Assembly (NCBI GenBank): GCA_947168365.1
Contig: CAMVLO010000006.1
Span: forward strand, 4,833-68,832
Direction of reading: 5' to 3'
Origin: an uncultured Bacteroidales bacterium
GTDB lineage: Bacteria; Bacteroidota; Bacteroidia; Bacteroidales; UBA3824
DNA length: 64,000 nucleotides
Positions within the stretch are counted from its first letter, which is position 1. Each line of letters opens with the position of its first letter. The position numbers and the translations under genes are program-made. Positions 10,235 to 17,651 of this stretch are shown one piece after another. Below the pieces are notes generated by a model. The model was not told where the DNA came from. It saw only the letters and a program-made list of their open reading frames with translations, and searched no databases.

Positions 10235-11185
10235 ATGACAGATTATAAATTATCAGTAATTATCCCGACATACAACAGAGTAAACTTTATAGCAGAAACA
10301 TTAGAATGTATTCTCAATCAGACACTAAAGCCATACGAAATAATTGTTGTTGATCAAAACAGTCAAGATAATACTGTAGAATTTTTAAAACAAAATTACG
10401 CGGGGAAAATAATCCTCATCGAAAACAAAGGAAATCGTGCACCGGGAGCCGGCAGAAATCTTGGTATCAAAGCCGCAACAGGAGATTTCATACAATTTTT
10501 TGATTCCGATGACGTGATGACAAAAAACAAATTTCTTTCTCAAGTTACAAAACTTGCCGATTCACACTCAGCAGGAATATACTCTCCATACGTGATGTCA
10601 ATAAAAGACGAGCAAAAAGGATGGTTGCAAAACTCAGTAATTCTACAATCCGAAGATTCCAAACTCGGCAAACATACTCTAAAACAGATGTTGAAAGGAT
10701 TTTTCGTACCGTTGCCCGCGTACATCTTCAAAAAAGAATTGATTGACGACATCGGCTTTTGGCGGGAAGACATCTTTGCGTACGAAGATTACGACTATCT
10801 GTTCAGAATGTTTATCAACGGGCTGAAACCGGAATTTACAAACGAGTGTTGCACATTCTACAGAGTACACCAAAACCAAATTACCGGTGGAAATTTTACC
10901 AACAATCAACGGGATCAAGACAAAATTAAATGTTTAAAAAAGTTAATTTCTGATTTTTCTGATATTTTATCATCACGAGAAATTGCAATTGCCAAAACTC
11001 AGATTCACAGAGTAGAATCAGGAGTTAATTCAACCAATATTTCATCGTTGATGTATAATATAACAAACATCTCATTGAGAATAGAAAACAAAATTAACCG
11101 TTTAATAACAAAAACCGACTGGCAAATGATACATAAGCCGAATTGCGACAAACAACTATTTGAAAAATACAAACAAATGTTGTAA
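10235..11185 (+). CDS. Glycosyltransferase family 2
   Basis: 'LSVIIPTYNRVNFIAETLECILNQT...IIVVDQNSQDNT' and 'FFDSDD'. Confidence 0.85.
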   Translation: MTDYKLSVIIPTYNRVNFIAETLECILNQTLKPYEIIVVDQNSQDNTVEFLKQNYAGKIILIENKGNRAPGAGRNLGIKAATGDFIQFFDSDDVMTKNKFLSQVTKLADSHSAGIYSPYVMSIKDEQKGWLQNSVILQSEDSKLGKHTLKQMLKGFFVPLPAYIFKKELIDDIGFWREDIFAYEDYDYLFRMFINGLKPEFTNECCTFYRVHQNQITGGNFTNNQRDQDKIKCLKKLISDFSDILSSREIAIAKTQIHRVESGVNSTNISSLMYNITNISLRIENKINRLITKTDWQMIHKPNCDKQLFEKYKQML

Positions 11186-11236
11186 TTTAGCCGAAACTTT
11201 TTATTCATAACTTACAAATTTTAACGCATAAAGATT

Positions 11237-12604
11237 ATGGACGAACACAACCATCACAAAGGAAACAACGAAAACTCCAAAGGCGATAAACCTAAGGATA
11301 CAAAAGCTGCTGATATCTCTAACGAGAAAACGGCAGATAAACAAAATAATAATACTGAGAACATAAATAAAGAAGATGCAATACCGGAATCTTTTGCGGG
11401 ACTCAACATCAACGACGATGACACCGACAAAAACTCCGACTTTACGGCTGCTCTCTTTCATGAATTACAAAACGAAAAAGAATTTGACGTTTCTGACAGC
11501 ATCGTTACCAATATCAACAATGCTGACTTGATGTTATCTTATATCATCAATCAAGGTATTGATATCCCCGAAAAGTTGGTAAAATCTGTAGTTAACTGTA
11601 AATATGCTTACAAGAAAAACAGATGGACCCCGGATATTGAAGTGGAATTCAATATGGCATTCAAGGAACTCACCAACCTGATAAAACCGGTAACAGTCGA
11701 TTCATTAGCATCATCCATGCCGTCAGAACTAAAAGACGGCATATCAGACCGTATCGTAAAATTCTTCGGACGAAACAAAAGAAATGCATTATCAAAACGC
11801 TCGGCTCGAGGTTATACATTAGGTACAGTAATATGTATGATCGTACTATTATTTGTCCAAATATATTTCTACTTAGGATCTACACGTCTTACAAATATAG
11901 AAGAATGCGGAACCAAGATAGATGAAAAACAAAACCGTCTTACCGAATTGATGATTGTACAATCAAGCGAAAACGAAAACATCGCGGTAAATACTGAGTT
12001 CGAAAGAGTACAATCCGATATCATGGAACTCGATGCAAAACGAAAAGCAAATATCGAAATGCTTGAACCGTGGGTACATTTCGTAAGATTCCTTACTTTC
12101 AACACCACAATCAGAACAGATACCATAGCGATGTCATCCATCGAAGCTCACGATGCCAACACTGCTATCGTACAAGAAGCAAAAAGTTACGATTTGATTC
12201 TTGGTATATACGTATTGCCGTTACTCTACGGAATAATCGGAGGCTTTACATTTGTATTACGCGAATTAACCCAAGAAATCAAAAACCTTACATTCTCAAC
12301 AGGCAGCGATGTAAAATACCTGCTCAGAATACTTCTCGGAGCAATCGCAGGTCTTAGTGTCGGACTGTTTTGGGGAGATATCGAAAACACAGATTACGGA
12401 ATAGCATCATTATCACCGATGTTGCTGGCATTCTTAGGAGGATACTTGGTAGAATACTTATTGCTATTCTTAGAAAAACTCGCCACATCATTCTTCAGGA
12501 AATACGATCCCGAAACAGAACACAAAGAAGAAAAGAAAGCAGAGCCAAAACCCGCACCGGTAAAAGCTTCCGACAATTCCAACAACGAAGTTGACAACAA
12601 ATAA
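11237..12604 (+). CDS. Hypothetical membrane protein (disordered Asn/Lys/Asp-rich N-terminus, coiled-coil segment, about 4 TM helices, charged tail)
   Basis: Long ORF with no recognisable catalytic motif. Hydrophobic segments include 'GTVICMIVLLFVQIYFYL', 'LILGIYVLPLLYGIIGGFTFVL', 'LLRILLGAIAGLSVGLFW' and 'MLLAFLGGYLVEYLLLFL'. Confidence 0.7.
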   Translation: MDEHNHHKGNNENSKGDKPKDTKAADISNEKTADKQNNNTENINKEDAIPESFAGLNINDDDTDKNSDFTAALFHELQNEKEFDVSDSIVTNINNADLMLSYIINQGIDIPEKLVKSVVNCKYAYKKNRWTPDIEVEFNMAFKELTNLIKPVTVDSLASSMPSELKDGISDRIVKFFGRNKRNALSKRSARGYTLGTVICMIVLLFVQIYFYLGSTRLTNIEECGTKIDEKQNRLTELMIVQSSENENIAVNTEFERVQSDIMELDAKRKANIEMLEPWVHFVRFLTFNTTIRTDTIAMSSIEAHDANTAIVQEAKSYDLILGIYVLPLLYGIIGGFTFVLRELTQEIKNLTFSTGSDVKYLLRILLGAIAGLSVGLFWGDIENTDYGIASLSPMLLAFLGGYLVEYLLLFLEKLATSFFRKYDPETEHKEEKKAEPKPAPVKASDNSNNEVDNK

Positions 12605-12609
12605 TAATT

Positions 12610-13818
12610 ATGATGCCCAAAGAGATAATAAGGACAATGATGTATTTTATAGCCGTATGCATAAGCGTATGGGCTTGTATATACGGATACTCATTGTCCA
12701 AAGATCTCGAAGAAGATGAGCTGAAACAACTAAAACTCTGGGCAGACGCCGTAGACGAAATCAAAAACGCCGACCTCGACCAGCAAGTATCTCTCATCGC
12801 ATACAAAAGGCTTCAAGAAAACACAAGAATACCAATCATCCTATTCTACGCCGAAGGAGAATACGAATACAGAAACATCGAAATCGATACTTCCGAAATG
12901 CCATTGGAAGATTTCCTGCGCGAAGAATGCAAAAAGATGAACAACAACTCAAGTTCGCCGATAAAAATACAGAGGGACCGCGGAAATTGGGACCTTCTGT
13001 ACTACGGTGAATCTATCAACCTCGAAAAAATCAAAAAATATCCCGTCTGGCAATTTATCGTAACAATTTTTATCATCATATTCACCTTCATCGGACTTAG
13101 AGCATCCAACAAAGCTGACCAAAACAAAGTAATGGTGGGAATGTCCAAAGAAACCGCGCATCAGCTCGGAACACCAATCTCATCATTGCTCGCATGGATA
13201 GAGATGCTAAAACTCGAAAACTACAATCCCGAAGTAACCGACGAAGTAGAAAAAGATGTAAAACGTCTGGAAAAAATAGCGGAACGTTTCTCACGCATCG
13301 GCAACAAACCCGAACTTACCGAAACCGATATTTGTCCCGTGCTCAACAGCGTACTTACATACCTGCATTCCAGAACGTCACAATTTATAGAATACGATAT
13401 CCACATCCCGGAAAAATCCATAATCATCCCGCTCAACACTTCATTGTTTGAATGGGTAATAGAAAACATCTGCAAAAACGCTATCGACGCAATGCAGGGA
13501 AAAGGAAAACTGTCAATAAGGCTTTCCGAAGACAAAGAATATGTAAAAATAGATATCAAAGACACAGGAAAAGGGTTCACCAAAAAGTATTACAAAAGAA
13601 TATTTAAGCCCGGATTCACCACCAAAAAACACGGATGGGGATTAGGACTTTCGTTAGCACAACGTATTATAAATGACTATCATAAAGGTTCGGTATTTGT
13701 AAAAGACAGCGAACCCGGAAAAGGTACTACATTTAGAATACTTTTGCCTAAAAAGAAAAAAATTTCAAAAAAATCTAAAATATTTGAAACCTTTTCAAAA
13801 ATTTTCCGTATAACTTAG
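12610..13818 (+). CDS. Sensor histidine kinase (two TM helices, HisKA + HATPase_c); no response regulator nearby
   Basis: H-box 'ETAHQLGTPISSLLAWIEML', G1 'IDIKDTGKGF' and G2 'HGWGLGLSLAQ'. The start is 5 nt after the preceding stop. Confidence 0.9.
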   Translation: MMPKEIIRTMMYFIAVCISVWACIYGYSLSKDLEEDELKQLKLWADAVDEIKNADLDQQVSLIAYKRLQENTRIPIILFYAEGEYEYRNIEIDTSEMPLEDFLREECKKMNNNSSSPIKIQRDRGNWDLLYYGESINLEKIKKYPVWQFIVTIFIIIFTFIGLRASNKADQNKVMVGMSKETAHQLGTPISSLLAWIEMLKLENYNPEVTDEVEKDVKRLEKIAERFSRIGNKPELTETDICPVLNSVLTYLHSRTSQFIEYDIHIPEKSIIIPLNTSLFEWVIENICKNAIDAMQGKGKLSIRLSEDKEYVKIDIKDTGKGFTKKYYKRIFKPGFTTKKHGWGLGLSLAQRIINDYHKGSVFVKDSEPGKGTTFRILLPKKKKISKKSKIFETFSKIFRIT

Positions 13819-13927
13819 TGTAATTAAAAAACATTGAATGACAGCCCTCATCTGAGACAGACCAGGAAGATATAATGTCAGAACTCTTTTCATAATAAGA
13901 TTTAGGTTAAATTAGTAAGCAGCAAAA

Positions 13928-13961
13928 GGGGTAAGCGTCGCAAGACACTTACCCCTTTTTT
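13928..13961 (+). terminator. Rho-independent terminator of the membrane-protein/kinase operon
   Basis: ggggtaag (13928-13935) pairs with cttacccc (13948-13955) and is followed by tttttt. Confidence 0.75.
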
Positions 13962-14178
13962 ATTTACAATTTACTACAATCAACAATCATTCTCAATCCC
14001 GATATAGAAAAACTTCTGCAATATCTTCTTACTTTAACATCTTTTCGATGACCAAGTGTTGCCTTCAGCCGAAAAATTTAATAATTATCTGATAATCAAA
14101 AATTCCTTTCAAACAAATATCAATAGCAAAACAGATGTTCATCGGTGAAAAATAAAATAGAATAAGGATATAATCCAA

Positions 14179-14923
14179 ATGTCAACATCGAAATTTTAAA
14201 CAGGTAACAAAGTTATTGAAATTAACATCATTGACATCGGATACAGAAAATAATATTCAACAATATAACAACAATGAAAAATCGATGTCAATATAAATAA
14301 TAACATGATGTCATCATCGAAATTACCGTGGGAATTATGACCATGACACCATGTAAACATGGATAATGACATGTCAATATTAATAATAACATGATGTCAC
14401 CATCGAAATTCCCGTGGGAATTATGACCATGACACCATGTAAACATGGATAATGACATGTCAATATTAATAATAACATGATGTCACGGTCGAAATTACCG
14501 TGGGAATTACGACCGCGACCCCAGGTGAAAACGGAAAAAGACATGTCAATATCGATAATTATAGGATGTCACGGTCGTAATTCCCTCGGCGATTACGACC
14601 GCGACACCAGGTGAAAATGAAAAATGACGTGTCTATATCGATAATTATGGGATGTCACGGTCGTAATTCCCTCGGCGATCACGACCGCGACCCCAGGTGA
14701 AAATGGAAAATTCCATGTCTATATCGAAAATTATGGGATGTCACGGTCGTAATTCCCTCGGCGATCACGACCGCGACACCAGGTGAAAATGAAAAATGCG
14801 ATGTCAATATCGATAATAACATGATGTCATCATCGTAATCACCGTGGTAATCTTGACCATGATAACAGGTAAATATGAAGAATCCGATGTCAAGATAGAT
14901 AATAACATGATGTCATCATCGAA
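14179..14923. repeat. Non-coding tandem array: seven exact 86-bp units (14285-14886), a truncated 8th unit and a decayed upstream copy
   Basis: Unit starts were counted at 14285, 14371, 14457, 14543, 14629, 14715 and 14801, with a partial unit at 14887. Each unit has two (G)ATGTCA boxes and a central inverted repeat. There is no ORF of 60 aa or more, and the 86-bp period is not divisible by 3. Confidence 0.95.
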
Positions 14924-14962
14924 TTTTTTTATTTAAAGAAATATTTTCTACAAAAAAATGTT

Positions 14963-14970
14963 TATATTTG
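14963..14970 (+). promoter_or_regulatory. Bacteroidota-type -7 promoter box (TAtaTTTG) for the toxin-antitoxin operon
   Basis: Matches TAnnTTTG, 24 nt upstream of the ATG at 14994. It overlaps the palindrome atttgtgtcaaat (14966-14978). Confidence 0.5.
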
Positions 14971-14993
14971 TGTCAAATAAAAAAAATAACATC

Positions 14994-15197
14994 ATGGCAG
15001 TAATTACAATTGATTATGACGAGCATAACAAAACAGCTCGCGCTATAATTAAATTAATAGAAGAGTCAGGACTTTTTACCATCTTAAAGGACGATGAACC
15101 TAATGAAACTACTAAGCAAGCTATTAGAGATGCTCAAAGTGGTAAAACTTATAAGGCAAAGAGTTTTGATGATTTAGTTAATTATTTAGAGAATTGA
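14994..15197 (+). CDS. Type II antitoxin (small, 67 aa) paired with a YafQ-family toxin
   Basis: Small acidic protein 'MAVITIDYDEHNKTARAIIKLIEESG...'. Its stop TGA overlaps the toxin ATG (TGATG). I prefer the ATG at 14994 over 14958 because 14958 lies upstream of the -7 box. Confidence 0.7.
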   Translation: MAVITIDYDEHNKTARAIIKLIEESGLFTILKDDEPNETTKQAIRDAQSGKTYKAKSFDDLVNYLEN

Positions 15198-15469
15198 TGT
15201 ACAATATAGAATCAACAAGACAATTTCGCACTGACTACAAATCTTTGAACAAATCAGATGCGCAAAAAGTTTTGCAAACTATCAAAATACTTCAAGAAGA
15301 AGGCACATTACCCAAAGAGCCTTATCACCCTCATAGACTAAAAGGTAATTATGTAGGGAATTGGGAAGCTCATGTACGTCCGGATTTACTTCTAATCTGG
15401 TACATTATTGAAAAAGACACTATAAAATTATTGAGAGTTGGCAGTCACGCAAAATTGTTCAACATGTAA
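15197..15469 (+). CDS. yafQ: Type II toxin, YafQ/RelE-family mRNA interferase
   Basis: 'YHPHRLKGNYVGNWEAHVRPDLLLIWYIIEKDTIKLLRVGSHAKLF' matches the characteristic YafQ C-terminal pattern (H.L.G....E.H+.PD.LLIY....L.L.R.GSH..LF). Confidence 0.85.
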   Translation: MYNIESTRQFRTDYKSLNKSDAQKVLQTIKILQEEGTLPKEPYHPHRLKGNYVGNWEAHVRPDLLLIWYIIEKDTIKLLRVGSHAKLFNM

Positions 15470-15494
15470 ATAATTAATAACAACATCCATTTCA

Positions 15495-15612
15495 TTGTGT
15501 AGAGACGTTGTGTACAACGTCTCTACACAATAATATTCGTATTTTTAGACGTTGTACACAACGTCTCTACACAATTATTCGTATTTTCAGACGTTGTACA
15601 CAACGTCTCTAC
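15495..15612. repeat. Cluster of three REP-like palindromes (agacgttgt-NN-acaacgtct cores) in 42-44-bp direct repeats
   Basis: 15495-15530 is a 17+17-bp perfect palindrome (ttgtgtagagacgttgt gt acaacgtctctacacaa). Cores recur at 15547-15566 and 15589-15608 with the shared spacer tattcgtatttt. Confidence 0.9.
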
Positions 15613-15742
15613 GGGGCAGATTGAAATTCCTTTCTCAGAAAAATATTTTCAGGTGTTTTTTTAACATAAGTGTAATACAACTCGTATTTTGCAGTGTCAA
15701 AACTATTTACTACTTTTGAAAACTTTTTTAGATTATCAGTAC

Positions 15743-17596
15743 ATGCAAAACTTATTAAACGACTTACAGGAATTGTTGATGCAGGACGAGCGGTTTGTAG
15801 CTGACGGTAAACTCCTGAAAAACAAAATTATAGAATGTGCCCTCAATTTGGATTCCGAACTGTTGAAGGAACTATTGGGCAACAAGCAACTAAAGGAACA
15901 TTTCTTTGTGCAAGCCGGCGATGTAATCGTTTTCGACAAAATTAAATTCCAAAAGTTTGTTTCTAATAAACAATTTTTGGCTGATTCATATACCTCTTAC
16001 AAGAATAGAATAGGTCTGGCAAAAGACGGAGATTATCTCTCTGACTGCAAGGATGTTGTATTGCAATGGGCTTACAAGGACTGCATATTGGAAGGCGGTC
16101 AGTCAAGAGACGAACAAAAGAAATATGAAGTGTTTTATAATGAGGTACTTGCACCAAATAATATCAACCGTCTGCTGGATGCTAAGGTTTTTACAAATTT
16201 TAAAAGGTACGAACAGGACAAGGTAACTGAAAATCCTCAGATTAATCAAGATGACAATTTGATTATTAAGGGTAACAACTTGTTGGTGCTTCATTCTTTG
16301 AAAAAAATTAAGAGTATATGCGGCAAGGTAAAATGTATTTTTATCGACCCGCCTTACAATACTGATAATGATTCTTTTAAATATAACGACAGTTTCAATC
16401 ACAGTACTTGGTTGACGTTTATGAAAAACAGGGTGGCTGTATCTCACGACTTGTTGAGTGAGGACGGTTTGTTCTGGGTTTCGCTATCGGACCACGAGGC
16501 TCATTATTTTAAGGTGATGACCGATGAGATTTTTGGTCGTGACAATTTTGTGGCTGACGTGATTTGGAATTCTACCAAGTCTGTTACAAATACAGCTATT
16601 ATTTCGGGCGCTACTACGCATGTGTTGTTATACGCCAAGAATGCTAAGTTGTTGAAACAGAACAGGACTTCGTTTAGACTTACTGCCGATGAGCAAAAGT
16701 TTTCCAATCCGGACAACGACCCGCGCGGCAAGTGGGTGGCTGACCCGTTTCAGGTGGGTGGCGAACGTCCTAATCAATTGTATGAAATCACAAACCCCAA
16801 AACAGGTGTTGTGTACAAGCCGTTGCCGGGCAACAGTTGGAAAAACGAGAAAAAAGTTTTTGACGTGTTGATGTCGGAAGGCAGAATAATCTTTGGTACT
16901 AAGGGAGATGCAGGTCCTCAGCGCAAACGTTTCTGGAGCGAGGCAAAAGAGCGCGGCGAGGTTACTACTACACTTTGGAAAGATTTGCCGACTACTACTA
17001 ACGGCACTGCGCATCTCAAGGAGCTTTTTGGTGACAGGATTTTCAATAATCCGAAACCTGAAGGCTTGATAGAGAGAGTTTTACAGTTATCTACCAACGA
17101 AGGCGACTTGGTATTGGATTTTTGTCTTGGCAGCGGTACTACATGTACGGCGGCTCACAAGATGAAACGCAGATATATCGGCGTGGAACAGATGGATTAT
17201 ATCGAGGAAGTATCTATCGCAAGACTCAAAAAAGTTTTGGAAGGCGAACAAGGCGGTATTTCAAGGACTAACGGCTGGGAAGGCGGCGGAAGTTTTGTTT
17301 ATTGCGAGCTGATGAAAGATACTCAAAACGATATTGAAAGAATACTTGGCGCCAAGGACGAAGAGTTGTTACAGATTTTTGACGAACTGCCACAAAGTAA
17401 GTCCAGAAAATATTTTATCAAAAATCTCGACAAGGAAGGATTTCTTGCGCTCAACTCCAAAGATAAGAAGAAGATACTGTTGGATTGTGTTAACAAAAAT
17501 AATCTTTATGTTAACTTGTCGGAAATAGACGACGAGGATTATGCCGTTAGCGACAACGACAAGATGTTAACAAAGAGATTGTACAGTTTTGAGTAA
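15743..17596 (+). CDS. mod: Type III restriction-modification system methyltransferase (Mod), beta-class N6A/N4C MTase
   Basis: 'CIFIDPPYNT' (motif IV) precedes 'LDFCLGSGTTCTAAHKMKRRYIGVE' (motif I). It is followed directly by a res gene. The listed ORF begins at TTG 15689, and ATG 15743 is the more likely start. Confidence 0.9.
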   Translation: MQNLLNDLQELLMQDERFVADGKLLKNKIIECALNLDSELLKELLGNKQLKEHFFVQAGDVIVFDKIKFQKFVSNKQFLADSYTSYKNRIGLAKDGDYLSDCKDVVLQWAYKDCILEGGQSRDEQKKYEVFYNEVLAPNNINRLLDAKVFTNFKRYEQDKVTENPQINQDDNLIIKGNNLLVLHSLKKIKSICGKVKCIFIDPPYNTDNDSFKYNDSFNHSTWLTFMKNRVAVSHDLLSEDGLFWVSLSDHEAHYFKVMTDEIFGRDNFVADVIWNSTKSVTNTAIISGATTHVLLYAKNAKLLKQNRTSFRLTADEQKFSNPDNDPRGKWVADPFQVGGERPNQLYEITNPKTGVVYKPLPGNSWKNEKKVFDVLMSEGRIIFGTKGDAGPQRKRFWSEAKERGEVTTTLWKDLPTTTNGTAHLKELFGDRIFNNPKPEGLIERVLQLSTNEGDLVLDFCLGSGTTCTAAHKMKRRYIGVEQMDYIEEVSIARLKKVLEGEQGGISRTNGWEGGGSFVYCELMKDTQNDIERILGAKDEELLQIFDELPQSKSRKYFIKNLDKEGFLALNSKDKKKILLDCVNKNNLYVNLSEIDDEDYAVSDNDKMLTKRLYSFE

Positions 17597-17651
17597 CACC
17601 GGATAAAAAAAAGTAAAAAGAAAAGAAACAAACAAGGTAAAGATACACAGG

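Noticed and set aside
14351-14366. DnaA-box-like catggataa in array units (replication-origin idea)
   Set aside because: It is only a 7/9 match to TGTGGATAA and is present only in units 1-2. There is no dnaA/dnaN context or AT-rich unwinding element pattern.
14543-14800. Small ORFs inside units 4-6 (MSISIIIGCHGRNSLGDYDRDTR and variants, 23 aa) and 11-aa ORFs in units 1-2 (MMSSSKLPWEL)
   Set aside because: Differences among the three 23-codon copies are mostly non-synonymous (I/K, I/M, Y/H, T/P against one synonymous change), and one copy starts with GTG. The outer units truncate after 4-11 codons. There is no sign of purifying selection, so I treat the array as non-coding.
14179-14923. CRISPR array interpretation of the 86-bp repeats
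   Set aside because: The entire 86-bp unit is conserved between neighbours, so there are no unique spacers. The period is far longer than repeat plus spacer with a constant part of 28-37 bp. No cas genes are in the window.
14958-14993. Upstream ATG (14958) for the antitoxin, and TTG starts for yafQ (15194), mod (15689), GT2 genes (26834, 27675) and the SiaC-like gene (39656)
   Set aside because: These extensions add non-conserved, often hydrophobic or junk residues and begin upstream of or inside predicted -7 boxes. Internal ATGs give canonical family N-termini.
15743-17596. Phase-variable simple-sequence repeat in mod (phasevarion)
   Set aside because: I found no homopolymer or short tandem repeat tract of notable length inside the mod reading frame.
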